A stretch of DNA of 32,000 bases from Candidatus Lokiarchaeum ossiferum (GTDB lineage: Archaea > Asgardarchaeota > Lokiarchaeia > Sigyniarchaeales > Promethearchaeaceae), in contig CP104013.1 of assembly GCA_025839675.1 (NCBI GenBank), positions 4,170,001-4,202,000 on the forward strand, in the 5' to 3' direction. Of this stretch, positions 8,759 through 16,725 are shown in pieces. A program made the translations under genes and the position numbers. The notes under the pieces are model-generated. The model had not been told where the DNA came from. It saw nothing but the letters and a program-made list of their open reading frames with translations, and made no database searches. Positions within the stretch are counted from its first letter, which is position 1; the number at the start of each line of letters is the position of its first letter.

Positions 8759-9505
8759 TTACTCCATTGGTAAATCAATGCTGGATGATTCAGTGCCAAT
8801 TACGAAGGCATAATCATATGCAGTACTGATTGTTTCTCCTGATTTAGATTCGATTTCTGCAATAGATGCATTAACACCGAATCTGGTGGTTAATTTTGAA
8901 ATTTGTCCGGCTACTCCGATGTTTTTTCCTGCTTCGATGATTGCTTGATTACCTTCCTTTAAGGGGTAATAATCAAGTATTTCCTGTTCAGGAATTGAAA
9001 TTTTTACAGAACCACGAGTTTGGTATTTAGAAATTTCTTCCGGTTTAACCACAATATTTCGTCCATCATGAAGGTGTAATTGGAAATCTCCACCTTTAAT
9101 ATTTGAAATATCTTTCACTTTGCATAATTTAAATTTGCTTTCATCTTGGGTAATTTCAGAGACTATTAAACCATGTTTATGCGAAGGCAAAACACGATAA
9201 GTCTTTGAAATTTCTGGAATTTCAATAACATCCATCATTCCGATTGGAAGACGGTGATCGTGTTTTACTTTTCCATCTACTAATACTTTATTAGCATTTA
9301 AGATGAATTTCGATTCACGGATATTGGTGGTCAATTTTAATAAGTCTCGGAGAACATGGCCTAATGGTAAGCAAAAATTCTTTGAGTGTGCTCCAGGGCG
9401 TGGATTAATAAAGAATGCTCCTGCTGAGCGTTCCTTACGTGCAATCTGTAAATGGCCTGGAGTTGCTAATCGTTTTTGATGTCGTTTATTTCCTTTGGAT
9501 CCCAT
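8759..9505 (-). CDS. rps4e: 30S ribosomal protein eS4
   Basis: MGSKGNKRHQKRLATPGHLQIARKE...LPLGHVLRDLLKLT..VLVDGKVKHDHRLPIGMMDVIEI is the hallmark S4e sequence. Confidence 0.93.
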   Translation of the reverse strand: MGSKGNKRHQKRLATPGHLQIARKERSAGAFFINPRPGAHSKNFCLPLGHVLRDLLKLTTNIRESKFILNANKVLVDGKVKHDHRLPIGMMDVIEIPEISKTYRVLPSHKHGLIVSEITQDESKFKLCKVKDISNIKGGDFQLHLHDGRNIVVKPEEISKYQTRGSVKISIPEQEILDYYPLKEGNQAIIEAGKNIGVAGQISKLTTRFGVNASIAEIESKSGETISTAYDYAFVIGTESSSIDLPME

Positions 9506-9506
9506 A

Positions 9507-9941
9507 TTATTTGCCTCCTTTCACTTTCTTTGGTCCGGTTGGGAGTATTTCTTCTAATTTTTCTTTACGTCCAATCATTCGGTCTTCGCGCCAAGCGTCA
9601 ATTTTCTTTTTCGCTTTTTTAGTTTCAAATTTGGTTAAAATTAGTTTTGAAATTGCTACTGGAACAAAATAGTTGGAGCCATCGCGTTTTTGTAAAGTTG
9701 CTTCTTCGATGGTTACTCGTCGTTTTCTTTTATCTAAGGATAAAATACTTCCTTCAATTCCTTCAAATTCTCCGGATACAATACGAACGGAATCTCCGAT
9801 TCGTAAAGGCATTCGTTTCACCCCATATTGGGCTTGTAATGGTTCATCTAAAGGAATGGTAAAGACTTTACTCACTTGATGATTTTTAATATTTCGCAAT
9901 GCATATCTTTGCTTGACTGGCTTTTTTGATTTAATTCGCAT
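9507..9941 (-). CDS. rpl24: 50S ribosomal protein uL24 (L24/L26 type)
   Basis: It carries a KOW-type core, MPLRIGDSVRIVSGEFEGIEGSILSLDKRKRRVTIE, and a basic C-terminal extension. The start is taken at ATG 9941; the track start at 9950 is GTG. Confidence 0.9.
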   Translation of the reverse strand: MRIKSKKPVKQRYALRNIKNHQVSKVFTIPLDEPLQAQYGVKRMPLRIGDSVRIVSGEFEGIEGSILSLDKRKRRVTIEEATLQKRDGSNYFVPVAISKLILTKFETKKAKKKIDAWREDRMIGRKEKLEEILPTGPKKVKGGK

Positions 9942-9951
9942 AATATTCACC

Positions 9952-10380
9952 TTATATGATCAAACTAGCAATATTGCTTAAACGAGGCCACAGATCTGCA
10001 GCTTCTCGAGCGATTGGGCCCGATACGCGGGATCCTTTTGGATCGCCATCATCGGCAACTATACAGCATGCATTATCTTCGAAGGAAATTCGGGACCCAT
10101 CGAGTCTTCGGATTTCTTTTTTCTGTCGAACAATGACTGCTTTTAAGATTTTCTTTCGTAAATCTGGATTACCTTTCTTTATGGACACAATAACTAAATC
10201 TCCAACACATGCTTTTGGGTATCGATTCAATCGTCCGTGGTATCCTTTGACTGCTATGATTTTTGCAAGTTTTGCTCCAGAGTTATCTGCCACAGTTAAG
10301 ATGGTAGATGTTTGTAAGGACTTAGTAATTCGTGTTCTGAAAACACTTGAAGTTTTTGCCCCTGAACGTCGTCCGCCCAT
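9952..10380 (-). CDS. rpl14: 50S ribosomal protein uL14
   Basis: LTVADNSGAKLAKIIAVKG..GDLVIVSIKKG..KAVIVRQKKEIRRLDGSRISFEDNA is canonical L14. ATG 10380 abuts the uS17 stop. Confidence 0.95.
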   Translation of the reverse strand: MGGRRSGAKTSSVFRTRITKSLQTSTILTVADNSGAKLAKIIAVKGYHGRLNRYPKACVGDLVIVSIKKGNPDLRKKILKAVIVRQKKEIRRLDGSRISFEDNACCIVADDGDPKGSRVSGPIAREAADLWPRLSNIASLII

Positions 10381-10381
10381 A

Positions 10382-10726
10382 TTATTTCTCCTCCGAAACT
10401 TTGTCAATTACAATAAAATTGACTGTTTTGCTAATCTTTTTCGATTCTGCAATTTTCACCGTATCTCCTACTTCTACTTCAATACATTTTGGAAGATGGG
10501 CTGCAATTTTAGAACTTCTTCGTTCATAACGTTGATACTTTTTAATATAAAAAGTGAAATCACGTTGCACAACAACTGTCGAGTTCATTTTAGTAGAAAT
10601 AACTACTCCTGAAAGAATTCGACCCCGCAATTTGATATTTCCATGATAAGGACAGTTAGCGTCCTCACATTCTTTGGTGGGTGCGGTTACCCCGGGAATT
10701 CCGATATTTTTAACGGTATTACTCAA
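10382..10726 (-). CDS. rps17: 30S ribosomal protein uS17
   Basis: CEDANCPYHGNIKLRGRILSGVVISTKMNSTVVVQRD...VGDTVKIAESKKISKT is typical of archaeal S17. The only in-frame start is TTG at 10726, which overlaps the upstream TGA stop (TTGA). Confidence 0.88.
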   Translation of the reverse strand: MSNTVKNIGIPGVTAPTKECEDANCPYHGNIKLRGRILSGVVISTKMNSTVVVQRDFTFYIKKYQRYERRSSKIAAHLPKCIEVEVGDTVKIAESKKISKTVNFIVIDKVSEEK

Positions 10727-11046
10727 TGTAATTTTCTCCGATGTTTTTTTCTAATAAGTTTAATTCTGTTTTCTGGGTTTCCCACAATTTTATCCCCATC
10801 ATATTGGATGAGTTTTTTAATTCCATTGGATTGGGGGAGCCAGCAACGAAAAATATATTGGTTTTTAATATATGTTTTTGTTGAGGATGAATCTTGGATG
10901 ACAAGTGTAAATTTTGTTTCATCAATAACGTTGCCCAATAAGCGGAAGTCCGCCCAAGTTGTGTTATATTTGTGTTTTCCATACAAGTTCAATCCTATTT
11001 GGTCGAGATATACAAAAATTTCAGGTCTAAATCTCTTTGAGTTCAT
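10723..11046 (-). CDS. rnp1: RNase P protein component 1 (Rpp29/Pop4 family)
   Basis: It occupies the conserved slot between uL29 and uS17 in archaeal clusters. The sequence LLGNVIDETKFTLVI....I.K....F.......I.YDGDKIVGNPENRIK fits the Rpp29 Sm-like fold pattern. It overlaps uL29 by 20 nt. Confidence 0.7.
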   Translation of the reverse strand: MNSKRFRPEIFVYLDQIGLNLYGKHKYNTTWADFRLLGNVIDETKFTLVIQDSSSTKTYIKNQYIFRCWLPQSNGIKKLIQYDGDKIVGNPENRIKLIRKKHRRKLH

Positions 11047-11227
11047 TTTGAACAGTCAATATCCGGGCAACTGCACGTTTAATCTGTCGAATTTTGGTGG
11101 GGTCAGTTAAAGTTCCACCCATAGCGTTTGAGCTATGAAGTTTGAAAAGTTCATTACGCAAATCTGATAATTTCTTTTCACGTTCAATGGCGCTCATGTT
11201 TCGAATTTCATCAATTTTTACTTTCAT
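11027..11227 (-). CDS. rpl29: 50S ribosomal protein uL29
   Basis: IDEIRNMSAIEREKKLSDLRNELFKLHS...IRQIKRAVARILTV is the canonical L29 helical hairpin. Confidence 0.87.
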   Translation of the reverse strand: MKVKIDEIRNMSAIEREKKLSDLRNELFKLHSSNAMGGTLTDPTKIRQIKRAVARILTVQNELKEI

Positions 11228-11244
11228 TTGATTTCACCTATTGA

Positions 11245-12039
11245 TTAATTTTCTTCTTCCTCTTCTTTCTTCACTTCATCATCGTCATTTGAGAGAACAG
11301 TTGCTTCTTCTGCATCATCGGTATCGTCGAATAATTCATCTTCCTCTTCTTCATCAGGAATTTCCTCTTCAACAATTTCATCTTTATTGTAGAATTCATC
11401 AACTGGTTTGACTTCTTTTTTCTCTTCTTCTTTGCGATCAAAGATACCTTCAATGATTTTAACCTCATCAGGCATTTGATAAGAGATAGGCATTATTTTG
11501 ACACGAATTCCGAGAACTCCAGATTTCATGGTTAAGTGAGTAACTCCGGCATCAACACCTTCATCAGCAGGGGTTCCACATTTGGAAATAACGCCTGCTC
11601 GGAATACTTGATGTCGAGCCCGTTGGGAAGTAACTTTACCACTGATATGCACTTCTACACCTCGAGCACCAGCTTTAATAATTCTGCGGAGGATCGAATA
11701 AGTTGCACGTCGATAGTTTTGTCCTTTTTGGATTGCAAAAGCAATTCGTTCGGCTTGAATCTGAGGATTTAATTCGGGGACTTCTACGGTTTCAACATCA
11801 ATAGTAGGAACATTAATGTTGAATTTATCTTTGACTGCTTCCGTTAATTCTTTCACCCGTGCTCCCCGTCGTCCAATAACAATACCTGGGCGAGAAGTTC
11901 TGATGGTGATTCGAGTTCCCATAGGAGTTTTTTGAAGTTCGCAACCGGCATATCCTGAATTATCTAACTCGGTTCCTAAGAATTCTTCAATTAATGTTTG
12001 TTGAATTCCGCGGTTAATAAAATGTTTTTTTACTGGCAT
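11245..12039 (-). CDS. rps3: 30S ribosomal protein uS3 with long acidic C-terminal tail
   Basis: The KH-domain core reads ITIRTSRPGIVIGRRGARVKELTE...ISGKVTSQRARHQVFRAGV. The last ~65 aa are an E/D-rich tail. The start is placed at ATG 12039 (MPVKKHF); the track start at 12048 is GTG. Confidence 0.93.
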   Translation of the reverse strand: MPVKKHFINRGIQQTLIEEFLGTELDNSGYAGCELQKTPMGTRITIRTSRPGIVIGRRGARVKELTEAVKDKFNINVPTIDVETVEVPELNPQIQAERIAFAIQKGQNYRRATYSILRRIIKAGARGVEVHISGKVTSQRARHQVFRAGVISKCGTPADEGVDAGVTHLTMKSGVLGIRVKIMPISYQMPDEVKIIEGIFDRKEEEKKEVKPVDEFYNKDEIVEEEIPDEEEEDELFDDTDDAEEATVLSNDDDEVKKEEEEEN

Positions 12040-12044
12040 ATTTA

Positions 12045-12512
12045 TCACATTTCGGTTAATACAATTTCAATATGGCAGAGAGTCTTAAAATAGGGGGTGC
12101 TTCTACCATGTGCACGTTCAATGTATCGTTTTACTTTACGTCCTTGCATGACTGCAGAGTGTGTAATTTTCAATCGATCTGGATCAAGACCTTTGTATTC
12201 GGCATTGCTCTCAGCATTAGCTAGAACTTCATACACGAGTCGGGCAGATTTTTCAGGGAAACGACCAGAAGCAAATTTATGTTCTTGCATTCCATGTCGA
12301 TGACCAACTTTCTTGTTATGTCGTCGAAATGGAACTGGAGTTTTAATCATAATTACTCCTTCTAAGAAGTTTTTGGCTTTTTCTAAGCCCATTCCTTTAA
12401 TTGTATTGCACACTTCTCTAGTATTTTTAACGCTGACCCTTAAATCTCTGCCAGATGCAATTGCAGTTTTATCTGGGTCAAGACCTTGGACACTCATTTT
12501 CCAATTTGGCAT
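12045..12512 (-). CDS. rpl22: 50S ribosomal protein uL22
   Basis: ASGRDLRVSVKNTREVCNTIKGM..FRRHNKKVGHRHGM..GRFPEKSA...HIEIVL is the archaeal L22/L17e pattern. It is the first gene of the contiguous cluster. Confidence 0.93.
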   Translation of the reverse strand: MPNWKMSVQGLDPDKTAIASGRDLRVSVKNTREVCNTIKGMGLEKAKNFLEGVIMIKTPVPFRRHNKKVGHRHGMQEHKFASGRFPEKSARLVYEVLANAESNAEYKGLDPDRLKITHSAVMQGRKVKRYIERAHGRSTPYFKTLCHIEIVLTEM

Positions 12513-12550
12513 TTTTTGTTCGTCCTGTTAATTTATGGAAGGTCGGAATC

Positions 12551-12592
12551 TTGTCGTTAGCGACAATCATTTTCCACTCAATTTTTATTAAT
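12551..12592 (-). promoter_or_regulatory. candidate promoter (TATA-like ATTAATAAAAATT) plus 5-prime-UTR hairpin for the uL22...uL15 operon
   Basis: On the minus strand an A/T box lies at 12580-12592, about 70 nt upstream of the uL22 ATG. It is followed by a perfect 6-bp hairpin, TTGTCG-CTAA-CGACAA (12551-12566). Position-based inference only. Confidence 0.3.
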
Positions 12593-12599
12593 GAGCTGA

Positions 12600-12845
12600 T
12601 AATGGTGGATATAAAGAATATCCTCACAGGGTAGTGTGAATATGGTACCAGATATTCGTCGTCATCAGAGACTCCGATACGGGGCATATCCACGCCCGGT
12701 TTTTTCCATTCCCCGGCGCATCAATAAGAACCGAAAACTTGATCTTTTGATCAAGTGTTAGGAAACACAAACTTCCGTAATTAATTAATTTTTCGATTGG
12801 AGGGGAGAAAAGGTGAAATTTATATACGAAGCTGTCCCCCCCTTA
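12600..12845. other. GC-enriched, hairpin-dense non-coding tract (candidate structured RNA or regulatory region)
   Basis: No credible ORF is present. The stems I could fold by eye are GAATAT/ATATTC (12638-12657), CGCCCGG/CCCGGCG (12693-12718, 6 of 7 bp), CTTGATC-TTTT-GATCAAG (12738-12755) and GTGTT-AGGA-AACAC (12755-12768). G4/C6 runs lie near 12800-12842. The tract is locally much more GC-rich than other intergenic DNA here. Confidence 0.25.
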
Positions 12846-12936
12846 GGCAAAATTTCTCCTTGGGAAGAAAACTTTTTGTTTTGTAAGGAGAAAAAAAACC
12901 AAAGCAAATAAAATAATAGACTGCCAATTTAGGTAC

Positions 12937-13551
12937 ATGAATAATTTTACACTCCGGTCGAAATCACTTCCCCGTATATTATTAATCATTTTCTTTGGAT
13001 TATTAATCTTTTCTTCATTTACAACTGTGAACTCCACATTTTCAAAGGGGGACTCCATTGTATGGGCGACTGGCGAACGAAAAGCCACAACGGGCTATAT
13101 TAAGGCAACTTACAATTCCATTTCCAACAGCTCAAACTTGCTCATTGATTTTCAAGAATTTGATTTTTATGGAGATCCAAAAGAAAACATTACTGAAAAT
13201 GTTCCTATGCCAAATTTTTGGGTGACGGTCGAAAATGTCACCTCCTATGGGGAAAATAGTTATGAAAAGGCGTCAACTACTATATTAGATGAAGAGATCG
13301 ACTGTGTAATAATCGAACGGGCCAATGGGGAAATTGTGACTTCCTATTATTATGATTTAGCCTCGGGGGTTATGGTGTATGCCAGCGGAACTGACGATAG
13401 TTTTATACGACTAATATCGTGGACTGATATCGATATCAAAGCATATGCAGATGAAACCAACAAAGGAATTCCTGGATATGGGTTATTTTTGCTTGGAAGT
13501 GTGAGTCTCATTACATTAGCAATTAAAACCAAGAAAATAAGCTTGAAATAA
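12937..13551 (+). CDS. secreted or surface-anchored hypothetical protein (N-terminal signal/TM, C-terminal PGY-TM-KK anchor)
   Basis: 204-aa ORF. The hydrophobic N-terminus is LPRILLIIFFGLLIFSSFTTVNS. The C-terminus IPGYGLFLLGSVSLITLAIKTKKISLK resembles a PGF-CTERM-type sorting signal. Confidence 0.6.
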   Translation: MNNFTLRSKSLPRILLIIFFGLLIFSSFTTVNSTFSKGDSIVWATGERKATTGYIKATYNSISNSSNLLIDFQEFDFYGDPKENITENVPMPNFWVTVENVTSYGENSYEKASTTILDEEIDCVIIERANGEIVTSYYYDLASGVMVYASGTDDSFIRLISWTDIDIKAYADETNKGIPGYGLFLLGSVSLITLAIKTKKISLK

Positions 13552-13654
13552 GTTCATTTTTCCCTTTCCTTCTCGATTTAATCTAGCGTTCAAAATCATA
13601 TATTTCCTCTAATCAACCTTTTTTTACTAATTCTCGTTTCAACCATAGAAATTC

Positions 13655-14533
13655 TTAGAATTGTTCTAGGGTCTCAAGAATTTTGATATAAATATGTTTT
13701 TCGGGTAAAAGTGCAATTTCTTTGAAGGATAATAATTTTAACCATTCTTTTATAATCTCATGCCCTAGAAAATAGCCCGTTTGTGATTTTCCCTCAATAT
13801 TGAACCATGATCCAAAAAAATTCTTTGATGTCTGGGCCTCATTCAGTCGATACTCTTGAAGAAATTTTTGGGCTAAGATATGCTTGTGTTGATAACACCA
13901 CTCTACCCAATTATCTTGTCCTTCTTGCATGTGCCAGTCATTATATCCCATAATTTGGTGCTCGGCCCACATTGCCATCCCTTCTTCATAAATTGAAAAA
14001 AGAAGATCATCATTATGAAATTTAAAATCCTTACAACCTCGTTCCTTCAAATGAATGAGATGCCCAACCTCATGGGCAACTAATGCTTTCAAGCGTTCTT
14101 CTGATGTCCATCCACATTGGAGGATATTCTCTAGTCCCAACAAAACTGCTGCTTCATTGATGAACGATGTTGCCCACCCCGCCCCCATCCCAATCCCGAC
14201 ATAAATCACGTAATTTATCGGGAATTCGATTTGGAAAAGTTCTTGGCATTTCATATGGATGGTTGGAATGATTTCTTGAATTTGCTTTCCAATTTTTGTA
14301 AAAGAAGTGGCATTTTTCTGTAGATCGGAAAAAACATAATTTTTAACAATAGATTTCCATTCATAACCATCAACCTCATATTCGTGAACCAACTTTCTTC
14401 TTAAATTTAAGTGATTTTTCATGAATATCGAATACCATGCGTCCATATATTCCTCATCAGTCAAATTGGAAGCCATTTGCCAAAACTGATCAAAATGAGT
14501 ATAAACATCGATAATTTGGAATGATTTTTTCAT
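13655..14533 (-). CDS. putative zinc metalloprotease (HExxH; DUF2268-like)
   Basis: It carries the LVAHEVGHLIHL HExxH motif followed by EEGMAMWAE. The overall layout recalls the predicted Zn-dependent protease family DUF2268. The start is placed at ATG 14533; the track start at 14548 is GTG. Confidence 0.55.
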   Translation of the reverse strand: MKKSFQIIDVYTHFDQFWQMASNLTDEEYMDAWYSIFMKNHLNLRRKLVHEYEVDGYEWKSIVKNYVFSDLQKNATSFTKIGKQIQEIIPTIHMKCQELFQIEFPINYVIYVGIGMGAGWATSFINEAAVLLGLENILQCGWTSEERLKALVAHEVGHLIHLKERGCKDFKFHNDDLLFSIYEEGMAMWAEHQIMGYNDWHMQEGQDNWVEWCYQHKHILAQKFLQEYRLNEAQTSKNFFGSWFNIEGKSQTGYFLGHEIIKEWLKLLSFKEIALLPEKHIYIKILETLEQF

Positions 14534-14606
14534 TGTAAAAAAACTCACTGCATGATAAATTAAATGGAATAATATCAGAAAAATGGAATGTAGAAAAGAT
14601 AGAGAG

Positions 14607-14615
14607 AAAAAAAAA
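14607..14615 (-). terminator. T9 run immediately after the uS19 stop; candidate terminator making uS19 monocistronic
   Basis: A9 on the plus strand (T9 on the coding strand) abuts the TAA stop at 14616-14618. Confidence 0.45.
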
Positions 14616-15029
14616 TTATTTTAATGGTACGAACTGACTGGATCGAGTGGCTCCAACCCCAGGGTTTCCATGGGAAACCTTTTTACAGGTTGGGCTGTAT
14701 TCACCAAGGTAATGTCCAATGTGTTCTGGAGAGATTTTCACAGGAATGAATTCTAACCCATTGTGGACACCAATTGTTAATCCAATAAATTCTGGGAAGA
14801 TTACCATATCACGATTGTGAGTTCTGACAGTAATTTCACGCCCATCTTTCAAAGCTTTACTGGCTTTTTTTAATTTTTTAAGTAATTTCTTTTGTCGTCG
14901 TGGCATTCCTCGTTTAAGGGTGCGTCGTTGACGGGAAGGAATTAAATCTAAAAATTGTTTCATACTCATTTTTTTGAGTTCTTCGAGGTCTTTTCCCCGA
15001 TATAGGAATTTTCTTCGTGATTCCGACAT
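14616..15029 (-). CDS. rps19: 30S ribosomal protein uS19 (S19/S15e type)
   Basis: FLYRGKDLEELKKMSMKQFLDLIPSRQRRTLKRG...THNRDMVIFPEFIGLTIGVHNG..F..V.I.PEHIGHYLGEYSPT is the canonical archaeal/eukaryotic S19. Confidence 0.93.
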   Translation of the reverse strand: MSESRRKFLYRGKDLEELKKMSMKQFLDLIPSRQRRTLKRGMPRRQKKLLKKLKKASKALKDGREITVRTHNRDMVIFPEFIGLTIGVHNGLEFIPVKISPEHIGHYLGEYSPTCKKVSHGNPGVGATRSSQFVPLK

Positions 15030-15160
15030 GTTAATTCACTTATCATCGTAGATGATATAATGAGATCCGAAGTCTTCCATAAATTAAAAAATTTATTGTT
15101 TTTTACGTTTTAGCGCACTTCATGGCATTTAAACCTAGGTATTTCTAAAAAGTGAAAAAA

Positions 15161-16630
15161 TCACTCTGATTGGAGAGCTGAAATTTGAGAGAAAAACTTT
15201 TGGAAGATGGTTACCGCGTCACGCTCTTCGAGCTTAGTGAGTTCTTGCATTGCTATTGTGGAAAGTTTTTGGAGTTCAGAAATGGCGTTCATCAATGATA
15301 GATCCACGAATGTCTTATGGGTGCGTACTATTGCCTCGGGATGAGAAAGGCTTCCCTCTAATTCCTCAAAGGTTGTTTGAATCCAAGCTAAAAGCTGGTC
15401 ATCGGGTCGATCCGGTTCAAAACTTTGGTCAATGATCCACAGCATTTTTTCTTGAAGTTGATCGATGAAATCCTTAGCTGTGATATTGGCTTCAAATTTA
15501 ATTTTGTCAGCGGCTCGTAATCCTGCAAATCGCATTAATTCTTCCCATTGATGAGCAAAAACTCGAATGTAAGGATATAAAATGCTATTTAATTCCGTTG
15601 ACATTCTCCCATGGAATTCTTTTTTAGGTGCATCCCAATATTTTTGGGATATGTTCATGATCGATGAATTGTCGATAAATCTTAATCTTGATTTTCCAAA
15701 AACACCATCTGGGAATGCAATTAAAGGTAATATCGAGGCTCCTGTCTTTTTATGGAGGCTGATATAACTTTGAGGGGTGTGAATTAAGTAAGGGTATTTT
15801 CCATGGATAACTGGGGCTCGAAGTTGCTTTGTTGAGCTATAATCATGATAAACCGTTAAGGCATAATTTCGTTCTAAATCACGTTTTAACAAGGGGGCAA
15901 TTTTTGAATAAGATGTACTGGCATAAATATTCAAGTTATTGAAATGAGCCCGATTATTATTCTCCCACATTGGTAGATTTTTAATGCTTGCGGTCACAGA
16001 CATTTTATACCTTTTTGGATGTAAAAATAATTGAGGTGAATGAAATTGTTCCCCTATATGTAGGATAGGAACGATTACACCTTTGCCTTTGGCTAATTCC
16101 CGATCGAGTAGATCATATCTTTCATATCTATGTAATGATACTTGTTCTCCTGGTTGGAAATCACACGTTTGCGGTAAACGAAAAAGAACATCTAATAAGA
16201 GCATTCCCATGTATTTTCCATTAGCAACACTCACTTTTTTAATCCATTTTTGCGGTTTTTCTGGGTAAAGTGCTCTGATACTCGCTTGCATACGTCGCTG
16301 CACTTTTTTGGACCTCCCAAAAAATAGCTGTCCAAAAAGGTGTCCCCATCCATTAAGGGCGCTGTGAGGAAATATCTTGGTAAACCGATATACTCGAGAT
16401 TGATCAATAAATTTAATAACTTTAAACAAAAATCCCATTGAATCTCCCCAACTTTGGTCATCTTTCTTATTTCTCAGATTCGTTTTTGCATCTTTCGAAT
16501 ATTTTTCCGATTTTTTACGCAAGTGGGCTTGATCTGCAAGATATAGGTAGGCCATAGGTAGAATAGCTTTAGAGTTTTTAAAAACCATTTCATTTTCTTT
16601 TTTGAATTTAGCAAAAAATGGATTAGACAT
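15161..16630 (-). CDS. hypothetical protein, possibly an LpxL/HtrB-like (LPLAT superfamily) acyltransferase with a C-terminal extension
   Basis: 489-aa ORF. Residues ~95-360 follow the Lip_A_acyltrans layout: RRMQASIRALYPEKPQKWIKKV.., then ELAKGKGVIVPILHIGEQF, then LHKKTGASILPL. A textbook HxxxxD/E catalytic motif is not obvious, so the functional call is weak. Confidence 0.4.
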   Translation of the reverse strand: MSNPFFAKFKKENEMVFKNSKAILPMAYLYLADQAHLRKKSEKYSKDAKTNLRNKKDDQSWGDSMGFLFKVIKFIDQSRVYRFTKIFPHSALNGWGHLFGQLFFGRSKKVQRRMQASIRALYPEKPQKWIKKVSVANGKYMGMLLLDVLFRLPQTCDFQPGEQVSLHRYERYDLLDRELAKGKGVIVPILHIGEQFHSPQLFLHPKRYKMSVTASIKNLPMWENNNRAHFNNLNIYASTSYSKIAPLLKRDLERNYALTVYHDYSSTKQLRAPVIHGKYPYLIHTPQSYISLHKKTGASILPLIAFPDGVFGKSRLRFIDNSSIMNISQKYWDAPKKEFHGRMSTELNSILYPYIRVFAHQWEELMRFAGLRAADKIKFEANITAKDFIDQLQEKMLWIIDQSFEPDRPDDQLLAWIQTTFEELEGSLSHPEAIVRTHKTFVDLSLMNAISELQKLSTIAMQELTKLEERDAVTIFQKFFSQISALQSE

Positions 16631-16725
16631 AAAATTATGAACAAAATTGGAAAATTAGTTATGAGATAATTTTAAAACTTGGAAACGTTTTTACCAATGT
16701 AGCCACATAATCGTACTGATTAAAA

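Noticed and set aside
8746-8799. N-terminal extensions in the ORF track for uL5, and the GTG/TTG-started extensions of uL18, eL32, uL24, uL14, uS3 and the HExxH protein
   Set aside because: The extensions begin at non-ATG codons, overlap the preceding gene or add residues absent from the conserved N-termini. The nearest in-frame ATG restores the canonical N-terminus and normal spacing.
10719-10982. 87-aa minus-strand ORF overlapping the Rpp29-like gene in another frame
   Set aside because: The 10723-11046 frame carries the Rpp29-like motifs and fits the conserved uL29-Rpp29-uS17 order. The alternative frame has no support.
12655-12680. Possible C/D-box sRNA, since the minus strand contains TGATGA (a C-box-like element)
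   Set aside because: I could not find a properly spaced D box (CUGA), convincing C-prime/D-prime boxes or terminal pairing. Only the generic structured-region call is kept.
12478-12693. 71-aa minus-strand ORF spanning the uL22 start and the upstream non-coding tract
   Set aside because: It overlaps the well-supported uL22 N-terminus in another frame and has no family resemblance. The region is better explained as promoter, leader or structured DNA.
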